Source of the DNA: Escherichia coli
Lineage (GTDB): Bacteria > Pseudomonadota > Gammaproteobacteria > Enterobacterales > Enterobacteriaceae
Length of the DNA: 64,000 nucleotides
Assembly (NCBI RefSeq): GCF_022846255.1
Contig: NZ_AP025682.1
Strand: one strand, 5' to 3'
The notes under the pieces are model-generated. The model saw nothing but the letters and a program-made list of their open reading frames with translations. It was not told the DNA's origin and did no database searches. Each line of letters opens with the position of its first letter. Within the stretch, counting starts at the first letter, position 1. Shown here piece by piece: positions 21,908-32,162 of the stretch. The translations under genes were made by a program, and so were the position numbers.

Positions 21908-23275
21908 ATGACAATAGAAAAACACGAAAGAAGCACTAAGGATTTGGTGAAAGCAGCAGTATCGGGATGGCTGGGCACTGCGCTTGAATTTATGGATTTC
22001 CAGTTATATTCGCTCGGCGCAGCGTTAGTGTTTCATGAAATATTTTTTCCTGAATCATCAACGGCAATGGCGTTAATTCTGGCAATGGGGACCTATGGTG
22101 CAGGTTATGTGGCACGTATTGTCGGAGCATTTATTTTCGGCAAAATGGGCGACAGAATAGGGCGTAAAAAAGTGCTCTTTATTACCATCACCATGATGGG
22201 GATCTGTACCACCTTAATTGGTGTGTTACCGACCTATGCACAGATTGGTGTTTTTGCACCCATCTTGCTGGTGACGCTTCGTATTATTCAGGGGTTGGGT
22301 GCAGGTGCGGAAATTTCCGGTGCCGGTACGATGCTGGCGGAATATGCGCCAAAAGGTAAGCGCGGAATTATCTCCTCATTTGTGGCTATGGGAACTAACT
22401 GCGGAACCTTGAGCGCAACGGCAATCTGGGCCTTTATGTTCTTCATTCTCAGTAAAGAGGAACTGCTGGCGTGGGGATGGCGTATACCTTTCCTGGCGAG
22501 CGTTGTCGTGATGGTCTTTGCTATCTGGTTGCGTATGAATCTGAAAGAAAGCCCGGTCTTTGAGAAGGTTAACGACAGTAACCAACCGACAGCAAAACCT
22601 GCACCTGCTGGTAGCATGTTCCAGAGCAAATCCTTCTGGCTGGCAACAGGGCTGCGTTTTGGTCAGGCTGGTAACTCAGGTTTAATTCAGACTTTCCTTG
22701 CAGGCTATTTAGTGCAGACGTTATTGTTTAACAAAGCAATTCCAACAGATGCATTGATGATCAGTTCGATTCTCGGCTTTATGACCATTCCGTTCCTTGG
22801 TTGGTTATCCGATAAAATTGGTCGCCGGATCCCGTATATTATTATGAATACCTCTGCAATTGTGCTGGCATGGCCAATGCTTTCTATCATCGTAGATAAA
22901 AGCTATGCCCCGAGCACCATTATGGTTGCACTGATTGTGATTCATAACTGTGCGGTGCTTGGATTATTTGCTCTGGAAAACATTACCATGGCAGAAATGT
23001 TCGGCTGTAAAAACCGCTTTACCCGAATGGCTATTTCTAAAGAAATTGGTGGTCTTATCGCTTCCGGTTTTGGTCCTATCCTGGCGGGGATTTTCTGCAC
23101 CATGACGGAATCCTGGTATCCGATCGCCATTATGATCATGGCATATTCTGTGATTGGTTTAATCTCTGCGCTGAAAATGCCAGAAGTGAAAGACCGTGAT
23201 TTAAGTGCGCTGGAAGACGCCGCAGAAGATCAACCACATGTTGTAAGAGCTGCGCAACCGTCCAGAAGTCTGTAA
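21908..23275 (+). CDS. ydfJ: MFS transporter YdfJ, intact
   Basis: 455 aa uninterrupted 12-TM-like ORF. Confidence 0.85.
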   Translation: MTIEKHERSTKDLVKAAVSGWLGTALEFMDFQLYSLGAALVFHEIFFPESSTAMALILAMGTYGAGYVARIVGAFIFGKMGDRIGRKKVLFITITMMGICTTLIGVLPTYAQIGVFAPILLVTLRIIQGLGAGAEISGAGTMLAEYAPKGKRGIISSFVAMGTNCGTLSATAIWAFMFFILSKEELLAWGWRIPFLASVVVMVFAIWLRMNLKESPVFEKVNDSNQPTAKPAPAGSMFQSKSFWLATGLRFGQAGNSGLIQTFLAGYLVQTLLFNKAIPTDALMISSILGFMTIPFLGWLSDKIGRRIPYIIMNTSAIVLAWPMLSIIVDKSYAPSTIMVALIVIHNCAVLGLFALENITMAEMFGCKNRFTRMAISKEIGGLIASGFGPILAGIFCTMTESWYPIAIMIMAYSVIGLISALKMPEVKDRDLSALEDAAEDQPHVVRAAQPSRSL

Positions 23276-23284
23276 ATCCTCAAT

Positions 23285-23315
23285 CCCTTCTCTTACCGGA
23301 GAGGGGATTTTTATT
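23285..23315 (+). terminator. intrinsic terminator after ydfJ
   Basis: stem CCCTTCTC/GAGAGGGG followed by ATTTTTATT. Confidence 0.6.
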
Positions 23316-23363
23316 CATATAACAAAACATGTAGCTTGCTATATTTAATTTTAAGGAATTGTT

Positions 23364-24824
23364 ATGGGAAATCATTTGTTATCAGCAAAAGCGACGCTCC
23401 CTGTTTATGATCGTAATAACCTGGCCCCAAGAATTGTTCATTTAGGCTTTGGTGCATTTCACCGTGCGCATCAGGGCGTGTATGCCGATATTCTTGCTAC
23501 GGAACATTTCAGTGACTGGGGATATTATGAGGTCAACTTAATCGGCGGCGAACAGCAAATTGCCGATTTACAACAGCAAGATAATCTTTATACCGTTGCG
23601 GAAATGTCGGCTGATGCGTGGACGGCTCGCGTCGTTGGCGTCGTTAAAAAAGCCTTGCACGTACAAATAGATGGCTTAGAAACCGTGTTGGCTGTGATGT
23701 GTGAACCGCAAATCGCGATTGTCTCTCTGACAATCACCGAAAAAGGGTATTTCCACTCTCCGGCGACCGGACAGTTAATGCTCGATCACCCGATGGTCGT
23801 TGCCGACGTACAAAATCCCCACCAGCCGAAAACTGCAACAGGGGTGATTGTCGAGGCGCTGGCTCGCCGTAAAGCGGCAGGACTTCCCGCATTTACCGTC
23901 ATGTCATGTGACAACATGCCAGAAAACGGTCATGTTATGCGTGACGTTGTCACTTCCTACGCGCAAGCTGTTGATGTAAAACTGGCACAATGGATCGAAG
24001 AAAACGTGACTTTCCCATCAACAATGGTGGACCGTATTGTGCCCGCAGTGACGGAGGATACGCTGGCGAAAATCGAACAACTTACCGGTGTGCGCGATCC
24101 TGCGGGCGTTGCCTGTGAACCTTTCCGCCAGTGGGTAATAGAAGATAACTTTGTTGCCGGACGTCCGGAATGGGAAAAAGCGGGAGCCGAACTGGTTAGT
24201 GATGTGCTGCCTTATGAAGAGATGAAGTTGCGCATGCTCAACGGCAGTCATTCATTCCTGGCGTATCTGGGGTATCTTGCCGGATATCAGCACATTAATG
24301 ACTGCATGGAAGATGAACATTATCGTCATGCAGCGTATGCCTTGATGTTGCAGGAACAAGCGCCGACGTTGAAAGTGCAGGGCGTTGATTTGCAAGATTA
24401 CGCTAACCGATTAATTGAACGCTATAGCAACCCGGCGCTACGTCATCGAACCTGGCAGATTGCGATGGATGGTAGCCAGAAATTGCCACAGCGGATGTTG
24501 GATTCTGTTCGCTGGCATCTGGCGCATGACAGCAAGTTCGATCTGCTGGCGCTGGGCGTCGCAGGTTGGATGCGTTATGTCGGTGGTGTTGATGAACAGG
24601 GAAATCCGATAGAAATCAGTGACCCACTGTTACCTGTTATTCAGAAGGCTGTACAAAGTAGTGCCGAAGGGAAAGCGCGCGTCCAGTCATTGCTGGCGAT
24701 TAAGGCGATCTTTGGTGATGATTTGCCAGACAATAGCTTGTTTACTGCAAAAGTGACGGAAGCGTACTTGTCTTTATTAGCGCATGGTGCGAAAGCGACC
24801 GTGGCGAAATATTCCGTGAAGTAA
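23364..24824 (+). CDS. ydfI: mannitol-dehydrogenase-family oxidoreductase YdfI
   Basis: 486 aa, long-chain mannitol/mannonate dehydrogenase family. Confidence 0.88.
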   Translation: MGNHLLSAKATLPVYDRNNLAPRIVHLGFGAFHRAHQGVYADILATEHFSDWGYYEVNLIGGEQQIADLQQQDNLYTVAEMSADAWTARVVGVVKKALHVQIDGLETVLAVMCEPQIAIVSLTITEKGYFHSPATGQLMLDHPMVVADVQNPHQPKTATGVIVEALARRKAAGLPAFTVMSCDNMPENGHVMRDVVTSYAQAVDVKLAQWIEENVTFPSTMVDRIVPAVTEDTLAKIEQLTGVRDPAGVACEPFRQWVIEDNFVAGRPEWEKAGAELVSDVLPYEEMKLRMLNGSHSFLAYLGYLAGYQHINDCMEDEHYRHAAYALMLQEQAPTLKVQGVDLQDYANRLIERYSNPALRHRTWQIAMDGSQKLPQRMLDSVRWHLAHDSKFDLLALGVAGWMRYVGGVDEQGNPIEISDPLLPVIQKAVQSSAEGKARVQSLLAIKAIFGDDLPDNSLFTAKVTEAYLSLLAHGAKATVAKYSVK

Positions 24825-24852
24825 AAAAAGCAATGCCGCCATCGGCGGCATT
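24823..24852. terminator. bidirectional stem-loop between convergent ydfI and ydfZ
   Basis: AATGCCGCC/GGCGGCATT perfect stem preceded by A7 on + strand (U-run on - strand). Confidence 0.55.
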
Positions 24853-24859
24853 CACACGC

Positions 24860-25063
24860 TTAGTTCATGCCGAGACGAATCAGGTCCAGAGGTGCCAGTT
24901 TCTCTTCACAACCTTCAACAACTACGGTTTTTCCGCGGCGGATTTGCTCAGCGGTCAGACCTTCAGTATCAATCGACAGGATCTTGCCAGTGTGACCGGT
25001 GCCGCTAACCATAACACGGCTGCCAGTGGTGATTGCGTTACGGTTACGATCGTAGGTCGTCAT
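24860..25063 (-). CDS. ydfZ: putative selenium-binding protein YdfZ
   Basis: 67 aa ORF, sequence recognised as YdfZ. Confidence 0.85.
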
Positions 25064-25239
25064 AGGTGTTTTCTCCTTTCTGATTTACAGTCGAAGCCCA
25101 CGTAACGGGCGCACTATAAATACTCCTGTCGAGTGAAATATTTTTTGTTTTTGATCAAGCTCACATCTTTTTTGATGCATGCATGAGCCATATGACGGAG
25201 GGAAAAACTCTCACCCCGGATGGGATGAGAGGAAATGAA

Positions 25240-25926
25240 TTACTCTTCGCTAAACCAGTCGCTGTTTTCCTGACGGATCTGGCGCACGGATTCGCTGATT
25301 TCCTGCAAATGGTGCGTCATTGCACGTTCTACCGCATCGCCATCACGTTTTTGCAGGGCAGAGAAAATCTCAAGATGCTGGCGTAACAGCATTTCTGGTG
25401 GAGAAACGTGGTCGAAACTCATATAGCGCACGCGATCAACGGTCGCTTTCAGGTTCTCAATGGTATCCCACGCCAGTTGACAGTCGGCAATCTGCGTCAG
25501 GAGTTGATGGAAGTTGTCATCAAGTTCAAAAAAATCATCCAGTTGCTTGCGCTCTATGGCAATGCGTTGCTGGTGAAGATTTTGTTCCAGTTGGTAGCAC
25601 TGGCTTTCGGTAATCATGCTCGCCGCCCGACGCGCCACCGCGCACTCAATGGCCTGACGGATAAAACTGCCGTTGCGCACCTGGGCCATGGAAATTTTGT
25701 TGACGTAGCTGCCACGCTGCGGACGAATTTGAATCAGGCCGTTTTCCGCCAGTTTAATAAAGGCTTCACGAACCGGCTGGCGTGACACATTGAAACGAAC
25801 AGAAACTTCTTTTTCCGACAACGGTGTGCCTGGTGCAATCAGGCAATGGACAATGTCGCGACGAAGAATACGATAAATCTGCTGATTGACAGGCTGTGTG
25901 GGATTAAGTTGCGTTTCGACGGTCAT
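25240..25926 (-). CDS. ydfH: GntR/FadR-family regulator YdfH (RspR)
   Basis: 228 aa, N-terminal GntR HTH and FCD domain. Confidence 0.88.
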   Translation of the reverse strand: MTVETQLNPTQPVNQQIYRILRRDIVHCLIAPGTPLSEKEVSVRFNVSRQPVREAFIKLAENGLIQIRPQRGSYVNKISMAQVRNGSFIRQAIECAVARRAASMITESQCYQLEQNLHQQRIAIERKQLDDFFELDDNFHQLLTQIADCQLAWDTIENLKATVDRVRYMSFDHVSPPEMLLRQHLEIFSALQKRDGDAVERAMTHHLQEISESVRQIRQENSDWFSEE

Positions 25927-26014
25927 TCGTTCTTGCTTGTGAGTGAGTTAACTGCATGAGTCTACCACTTTTTTGTGACAAGCAATAACCCGGCAGTTAC
26001 GCCGGGTATAAAAA

Positions 26015-26761
26015 TTACTGACGGTGGACATTCAGTCCGGCATAGCTTTGGGTAACCGGCATCATTTCCAGGGTATTGATATTGACGTGAGCAGGCAGCG
26101 TTGACACCCACCAGACGGCTTCGCTGACATCTTCCGGCGTCAATGCAACGGTATTTTGATAGGTTTTTTCCGCTTTACTGTCATCGCCTTTAAAGCGGAC
26201 ATTGGAAAACTCGGTGCCACCCACCAGACCCGGTTCGATGTCGGTGACGCGCACCGCCGTACCATGCAGGTCCGTACGCAGATTCAGGCTAAACTGACGA
26301 ACAAACGCTTTCGTCGCACCGTAAACGTTACCACCGGCATACGGCCAGCTGCCTGCCGTTGAGCCAATGTTAATAATATGACCATGATTACGTTCAACCA
26401 TACCCGGTAAGACGGCGCGCGTCATATATACCAGGCCTTTGTTGTTGGTATCAATCATCGTTTCCCAGTCTTCAACGCTGGCTTTATGCGCAGGCTCCAT
26501 GCCCAACGCCAGGCCGGCATTATTTACCAGGATATCAATATTGCACCACTCGGCAGGAAGCGATGCCAGCATCTCTTCAATAGCGGCGCGGTTGCGAACG
26601 TCCAGTTGGGCGATATACAGATTATCTCCCAGTTCGTCTTTTAACTCCTGTAACCGCTCCTGGCGACGGCCAGTGGCGATAACTTTATGCCCTTGTTGAA
26701 TAAAACGACGAGTAATGCATTCACCAAAACCTGCCGTTGCTCCAGTTACTAAAACGATCAT
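26015..26761 (-). CDS. ydfG: NADP-dependent 3-hydroxy acid dehydrogenase YdfG (SDR family)
   Basis: 248 aa from MIVLVTGATAGFG (Rossmann TGxxxGxG), YxxxK active site. Confidence 0.9.
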   Translation of the reverse strand: MIVLVTGATAGFGECITRRFIQQGHKVIATGRRQERLQELKDELGDNLYIAQLDVRNRAAIEEMLASLPAEWCNIDILVNNAGLALGMEPAHKASVEDWETMIDTNNKGLVYMTRAVLPGMVERNHGHIINIGSTAGSWPYAGGNVYGATKAFVRQFSLNLRTDLHGTAVRVTDIEPGLVGGTEFSNVRFKGDDSKAEKTYQNTVALTPEDVSEAVWWVSTLPAHVNINTLEMMPVTQSYAGLNVHRQ

Positions 26762-26897
26762 CTCACTGTTCCTCAACGCTTTTGTGTGTCAATAACATAG
26801 CACGTGATGCTTAAGAGCGGGTAATACTGGTTTGCAAGATTGCACTCCGTTATCAGTAAGCCTACGCTATGGAACACCTCGCGTTCAGGAGAAGAAA

Positions 26898-28943
26898 ATG
26901 ACAACAATGAATCCTTTCCTTGTGCAAAGCACACTGCCGTATCTGGCTCCCCATTTTGATCAAATTGCCAACCATCACTATCGCCCGGCATTCGATGAGG
27001 GAATACAGCAAAAGCGGGCAGAAATTGCTGCCATCGCGCTTAACCCGCAAACACCTGATTTTAAAAATACTATTCTGGCACTGGAACAAAGCGGAGAATT
27101 ACTTACCCGCGTTACCAGCGTCTTTTTTGCGATGACTGCGGCGCATACCAATGATGAATTACAGCGTCTTGATGAACAGTTTTCCGCTGAACTGGCGGAA
27201 CTTGCGAATGATATCTATCTGAACGGGGAATTATTCGCGCGGGTAGATGCTGTCTGGCAACGCCGTGAATCCCTGGGGCTTGATAGTGAATCCATCCGCC
27301 TGGTGGAGGTGATTCATCAACGTTTTGTCCTTGCCGGAGCCAAACTTGAGCAAGCTGATAAAGCAAAATTAAAAGTACTGAATACAGAAGCTGCGACCCT
27401 GACCAGCCAGTTTAACCAGCGGTTACTGGCAGCAAATAAATCCGGCGGTCTGGTTGTGAACGATATCGCGCAGCTGGCAGGAATGAGTGAACAAGAGATT
27501 GCGCTGGCGGCAGAGGCGGCTCGCGAGAAAGGTCTGGATAACAACTGGCTGATTCCGCTGCTGAATACCACCCAGCAACCAGCGCTTGCTGAACTGCGCG
27601 ATCGCGCGACGCGTGAAAAACTGTTTACTGCGGGCTGGACGCGAGCGGAAAAAAATGATGCCAATGATACCCGCGCTATCATTCAACGTCTGGTGGAGAT
27701 CCGCGCGCAGCAGGCGAAACTGCTTGGTTTTCCTCATTATGCCGCATGGAAAATCGCCGATCAGATGGCAAAAACGCCAGAAGCAGCGCTCAACTTTATG
27801 CGGGAAATTGTTCCAGCGGCGCGTCAACGTGCGAGCGATGAATTAACCTCCATACAGGCGGTTATCGATAAGCAGCAGGGCGGGTTTAGCGCGCAGCCGT
27901 GGGACTGGGCATTTTATGCCGAGCAGGTAAGACGTGAGAAATTCGATCTCGATGAAGCGCAGCTCAAGCCTTATTTCGAATTAAACACGGTGTTGAATGA
28001 AGGCGTATTCTGGACTGCGAATCAGCTCTTCGGTATTAAGTTTGTCGAACGTTTTGATATTCCTGTCTACCATCCTGACGTTCGTGTGTGGGAAATTTTT
28101 GATCATAATGGCGTGGGGCTGGCGTTATTTTACGGTGATTTCTTCGCCCGTGATTCAAAAAGCGGCGGCGCATGGATGGGCAATTTTGTTGAGCAATCAA
28201 CGCTGAATGAAACGCACCCGGTAATTTATAACGTCTGCAATTATCAGAAACCCGCTGCCGGTGAGCCTGCGTTGTTACTCTGGGATGATGTAATAACCTT
28301 ATTCCATGAATTTGGTCATACGCTGCACGGCCTTTTTGCCCGCCAGCGTTATGCCACGCTTTCCGGCACCAACACGCCGCGTGATTTTGTCGAATTTCCG
28401 TCGCAAATCAACGAACACTGGGCAACACATCCGCAGGTATTCGCTCGCTACGCCCGGCATTATCAGAGCGGGGCCGCAATGCCTGACGAACTTCAACAGA
28501 AAATGCGTAATGCCAGCCTGTTCAATAAAGGGTATGAGATGAGCGAACTGCTTAGCGCCGCACTTCTCGATATGCGCTGGCATTGTCTGGAAGAAAACGA
28601 AGCAATGCAGGACGTCGATGATTTCGAATTGCGGGCGCTGGTGGCGGAAAATATGGATCTTCCTGCTATACCGCCACGCTATCGCAGCAGTTATTTCGCC
28701 CATATTTTTGGTGGCGGATATGCCGCAGGTTATTACGCTTATCTGTGGACGCAAATGTTGGCCGATGATGGTTACCAGTGGTTTGTTGAGCAGGGCGGAT
28801 TAACGCGTGAAAATGGGCGGCGTTTTCGCGAGGCGATTCTTTCCAGAGGTAACAGCGAAGATCTGGAACGCCTGTATCGACAATGGCGCGGTAAGGCACC
28901 TCAGATTATGCCGATGCTGCAACATCGTGGCTTGAACGTATAA
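26898..28943 (+). CDS. dcp: dipeptidyl carboxypeptidase II Dcp (M3 family)
   Basis: 681 aa from [10 protein letters not shown] with AGGAGAAG Shine-Dalgarno; HEFGH zinc motif. Confidence 0.92.
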   Translation: MTTMNPFLVQSTLPYLAPHFDQIANHHYRPAFDEGIQQKRAEIAAIALNPQTPDFKNTILALEQSGELLTRVTSVFFAMTAAHTNDELQRLDEQFSAELAELANDIYLNGELFARVDAVWQRRESLGLDSESIRLVEVIHQRFVLAGAKLEQADKAKLKVLNTEAATLTSQFNQRLLAANKSGGLVVNDIAQLAGMSEQEIALAAEAAREKGLDNNWLIPLLNTTQQPALAELRDRATREKLFTAGWTRAEKNDANDTRAIIQRLVEIRAQQAKLLGFPHYAAWKIADQMAKTPEAALNFMREIVPAARQRASDELTSIQAVIDKQQGGFSAQPWDWAFYAEQVRREKFDLDEAQLKPYFELNTVLNEGVFWTANQLFGIKFVERFDIPVYHPDVRVWEIFDHNGVGLALFYGDFFARDSKSGGAWMGNFVEQSTLNETHPVIYNVCNYQKPAAGEPALLLWDDVITLFHEFGHTLHGLFARQRYATLSGTNTPRDFVEFPSQINEHWATHPQVFARYARHYQSGAAMPDELQQKMRNASLFNKGYEMSELLSAALLDMRWHCLEENEAMQDVDDFELRALVAENMDLPAIPPRYRSSYFAHIFGGGYAAGYYAYLWTQMLADDGYQWFVEQGGLTRENGRRFREAILSRGNSEDLERLYRQWRGKAPQIMPMLQHRGLNV

Positions 28944-29449
28944 ACACCACCAATGGCTGGCCTGGATTTATCGCCAGACCAGCTTCGTTATAGCAGTAAT
29001 TGCAGCAACTGGGCGAGGGCAAACTTCACCGCTAATGCGAATGCCGTTTCGCAGTCGCCAGCAAAATTACTTTTTTTGTATACTCTTCCGTTATAATAAT
29101 TTTCAAATTCAGCCGGACCAGATGATCAACATTAGCGGCAGTCTGGATAAGAAAAGCGCGCCGGCCGTCGTTCGGGTCACTCAGTTGCAGAAATAAAAAT
29201 AAATTAGCCTGATGGCCTGAACTACTGGGCCATTAGGGTATTGGGTTATGCTATTTGTCATCCTTTTAATTGCGATAATGCAGAGTTAATTTATAGAATT
29301 AAACACTTTTTTATCTGCTGATTTTGTTTTAAATCACAATGTTATCTCAGAGATGCTCATAACTCCGGATTTCTATGAAAATATTGACGTAATTTTGCTT
29401 TTCTCTCGTTAGAATAGCGCGCACAAGGAACTGTGAAAAAGGAGTGGCA

Positions 29450-30340
29450 ATGATCAAGAAGACAACGGAAATTGATGCCATCTTGTTAAATCTCAATAAG
29501 GCTATCGATGCCCACTACCAGTGGCTGGTAAGTATGTTTCACAGCGTGGTCGCGAGAGATGCCAGTAAGCCAGAAATAACGGATAACCATTCTTATGGGC
29601 TGTGCCAGTTTGGTCGGTGGATTGATCATCTGGGGCCACTCGATAACGATGAATTACCTTACGTTCGGCTAATGGATTCTGCCCATCAACATATGCATAA
29701 CTGTGGTCGGGAATTAATGCTGGCTATTGTTGAAAATCACTGGCAGGACGCGCATTTCGACGCTTTTCAGGAAGGGTTGCTTTCTTTTACTGCGGCATTA
29801 ACCGATTACAAAATTTATTTGCTGACGATCCGTAGCAGTATGGATGTTCTGACGGGATTGCCGGGTCGTCGGGTTCTTGATGAATCCTTCGATCATCAGT
29901 TACGCAATGCTGAACCTCTGAATCTTTATTTAATGTTGTTGGATATAGACCGATTTAAATTGGTTAATGATACCTACGGGCATTTAATCGGCGATGTAGT
30001 ATTACGCACCCTCGCAACTTACTTAGCCAGTTGGACGCGCGATTACGAAACGGTTTATCGCTACGGGGGCGAAGAATTTATCATTATTGTCAAAGCGACT
30101 AATGATGAAGAAGCATGTCGTGCAGGTGTCAGAATTTGCCAGTTAGTCGATAACCATGCCATCACACATTCTGAAGGGCATATCAACATTACCGTGACTG
30201 CTGGTGTGAGTCGTGCATTTCCTGAAGAGCCTCTGGATGTGGTCATTGGAAGAGCGGACAGGGCAATGTATGAGGGTAAGCAAACCGGAAGGAATCGCTG
30301 CATGTTTATTGACGAACAAAATGTGATTAACCGAGTTTAA
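29450..30340 (+). CDS. dgcZ: zinc-sensing diguanylate cyclase DgcZ (YdeH)
   Basis: 296 aa; N-terminal CZB domain, C-terminal GGDEF with GGEEF motif. Confidence 0.9.
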   Translation: MIKKTTEIDAILLNLNKAIDAHYQWLVSMFHSVVARDASKPEITDNHSYGLCQFGRWIDHLGPLDNDELPYVRLMDSAHQHMHNCGRELMLAIVENHWQDAHFDAFQEGLLSFTAALTDYKIYLLTIRSSMDVLTGLPGRRVLDESFDHQLRNAEPLNLYLMLLDIDRFKLVNDTYGHLIGDVVLRTLATYLASWTRDYETVYRYGGEEFIIIVKATNDEEACRAGVRICQLVDNHAITHSEGHINITVTAGVSRAFPEEPLDVVIGRADRAMYEGKQTGRNRCMFIDEQNVINRV

Positions 30341-30350
30341 GCTCCGTTTA
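30334..30350 (+). promoter_or_regulatory. PhoP-box-like direct repeat upstream of candidate MgrR
   Basis: aGTTTA-agctc-cGTTTA, GTTTA cores match the (T/G)GTTTA-N5-(T/G)GTTTA pattern; overlaps the dgcZ stop codon. Confidence 0.4.
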
Positions 30351-30374
30351 ACATTCATTGAGAAAACTGATGCT

Positions 30375-30483
30375 ACTGTGTCAACGATCCGTTATCAGTG
30401 CAGGAAAATGCCTGTTAGCGTAAAAGCAAAACACAAATCTATCCATGCAAGCATTCACCGCCGGTTTACTGGCGGTTTTTTTT
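30375..30483 (+). ncRNA. mgrR: candidate MgrR small RNA (5' end approximate)
   Basis: Roughly 100-nt + strand interval between a PhoP-box-like repeat and a strong intrinsic terminator; K-12 encodes the PhoP-dependent sRNA MgrR between dgcZ and mgtS (memory); 5' end not determined. Confidence 0.45.
30458..30483 (+). terminator. intrinsic terminator, 3' end of candidate MgrR
   Basis: 7-bp GC-rich stem CCGCCGG/CTGGCGG with 4-nt loop followed by T8. Confidence 0.7.
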
Positions 30484-30490
30484 CGCCGTC

Positions 30491-30531
30491 ATAAAAATCA
30501 GGCCCCTTGTACACAACTGTAACAAGGGGCC
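30491..30531 (-). terminator. intrinsic terminator after mgtS
   Basis: 10-bp perfect stem GGCCCCTTGT/ACAAGGGGCC; on minus strand followed by TGATTTTTAT. Confidence 0.6.
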
Positions 30532-30558
30532 GGTTAGGTGAGGGATTATCTCCGTTCA

Positions 30559-30654
30559 TTAGTCATCCCATTTGTGGCTGAAATACGCGGCCAGAAACCC
30601 AGAAAATAAAATTATTCCCAGTACGGCCATAAAAACATTCATATTACCCAGCAT
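30559..30654 (-). CDS. mgtS: small membrane protein MgtS (YneM), 31 aa
   Basis: Hand translation of minus strand: MLGNMNVFMAVLGIILFSGFLAAYFSHKWDD with GGAGG 6 nt upstream of ATG; recognised as MgtS; below ORF-track cutoff. Confidence 0.8.
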   Translation of the reverse strand: MLGNMNVFMAVLGIILFSGFLAAYFSHKWDD

Positions 30655-30780
30655 TATTTGCCTCCGTTTATGGTGTGGTGTGTTTCCTCGCTTACCTTAA
30701 TTTTCATCTCAATGAGAAAGATATTAGCAGAGGTAACCTAAACGAAGGCTGAATTAAATTCTTATTGTGTTCGACTTAAA

Positions 30781-31968
30781 TCAACAAAGCGCGGGCTGCC
30801 CCCACGGTCTTGCACGAATTCCTTTTAACATCAGCACCCACGCAACAACGATCACCAACGCTAAGATGATAAACAGCGAGAAAGGCGGCAGACTGGTAAG
30901 TACTATGCCACTCACTAATGGGTTAATCGCAGCACCAAGCCAGCCTAAAGACTGGGCGGAAAAATAGCTGGCTTTCATTCCTGGCGGCGCAATATGGTCA
31001 ATCAACATATACTCGCCCGGCGCATAAATGATTTCACCGACAGTAAATACCGCAGCTGACATACCCCACAATAGCAGGCTGTTGCCGGAAAAAATAAAAC
31101 CGACCAGCCCGATGACGAAACAGAGGGTGCCTGCTGTCATCAGCGCGCGGATGTTAGCCGGGTTAAGGCGGCGGCCCACGGAATATTGCAACGTAACCAC
31201 CATGGCAGCATTCACCGGAAGAACAACCGCGACCACCTTTTCGGCAAAATCACCATCAGCAATCACCATCACATATTGTGAAATGCATGAAGCAAATGCG
31301 CCGCTAACAAAAGAAGCCAGAAAGCCAGAGCAGGTAAACCACAACAGTGCTTTATCTTGTAATAAAACTTTCGGCGACCAGACACTGCCTGTTTCCGTGG
31401 CGATGATTTTCTCGCTGCGCTTTACCCAAATTTGAATGAAAAGCATGGGGAACGCGGAACAGATAGCTGCCAGCCAGAAGGGCAGATTGATGCTCTGCAT
31501 CACCAACAGCGTGCCGAGTGGCGGACCGATGGTCCAGCCAATGTTGAGCATGGTGTAGTTGATTGAGAAAATCTTCGTTTTGCTGGTGGACGAAAGATTG
31601 TCGGCAAACCAGGCTTTCAGCACGGTAGCAAAAACGGAGTAGGCGCAGTTAATAAGGGCAAAAAAGAGCACCACCAGCGTCACGTTATTCACTAAAGGAA
31701 TGGCAATAAAACCGCTAGCGAAGGCGGTAATTGCCAGTAACATATAGCGTTTCTTGTCGAACTTATCCGCCAGGATACCAAAACCGAGGCTAAAAACGAC
31801 GCCAATAGTGAGCGCAATTGTCATCGCATAACCGATTAGATCGACACTCAGGCTGTACTGGCGACTCAAGTAAATGGTCATAAACGGCAGCGTAGCGCCG
31901 CGTCCGATGGTTAATAACAACGACGAGGCAAGAAGGGCGCTGGTAGAGCGTCGTAAGGATAAGTTCAT
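30781..31968 (-). CDS. ydeE: MFS transporter YdeE
   Basis: 395 aa multi-TM ORF. Confidence 0.9.
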   Translation of the reverse strand: MNLSLRRSTSALLASSLLLTIGRGATLPFMTIYLSRQYSLSVDLIGYAMTIALTIGVVFSLGFGILADKFDKKRYMLLAITAFASGFIAIPLVNNVTLVVLFFALINCAYSVFATVLKAWFADNLSSTSKTKIFSINYTMLNIGWTIGPPLGTLLVMQSINLPFWLAAICSAFPMLFIQIWVKRSEKIIATETGSVWSPKVLLQDKALLWFTCSGFLASFVSGAFASCISQYVMVIADGDFAEKVVAVVLPVNAAMVVTLQYSVGRRLNPANIRALMTAGTLCFVIGLVGFIFSGNSLLLWGMSAAVFTVGEIIYAPGEYMLIDHIAPPGMKASYFSAQSLGWLGAAINPLVSGIVLTSLPPFSLFIILALVIVVAWVLMLKGIRARPWGQPALC

Positions 31969-32162
31969 TTGTCTGTCCGGCAGTGCGTTTCGTTATGTTT
32001 TGTTTTAGAGATGTAAAGGAATAGCATGGCAAAAATCCGAAGTATAGCGACTTATTTGCGCATTAATGCCGTCGTAAACGGTGACCAACGAATCAACTGT
32101 TAAAGAAAAGTAAATTCAGCTAAGTTGATTGCTTACAAAAGATGAAATTCAGAGGCGGTAGA

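Noticed and set aside
25064-25239. FNR site for ydfZ
   Set aside because: Only half-site-like matches (TTGATcaag...) were found; too weak to call.
26773-26991. 72-aa minus-strand ORF in the ydfG/dcp divergent region
   Set aside because: Overlaps the dcp start and promoter region, with no ribosome-binding site or family resemblance.
29384-29415. sigma-70 promoter TTGACG ... TAGAAT for dgcZ
   Set aside because: Spacer is about 20 nt, too long for a canonical promoter; no clean CpxR box identified.
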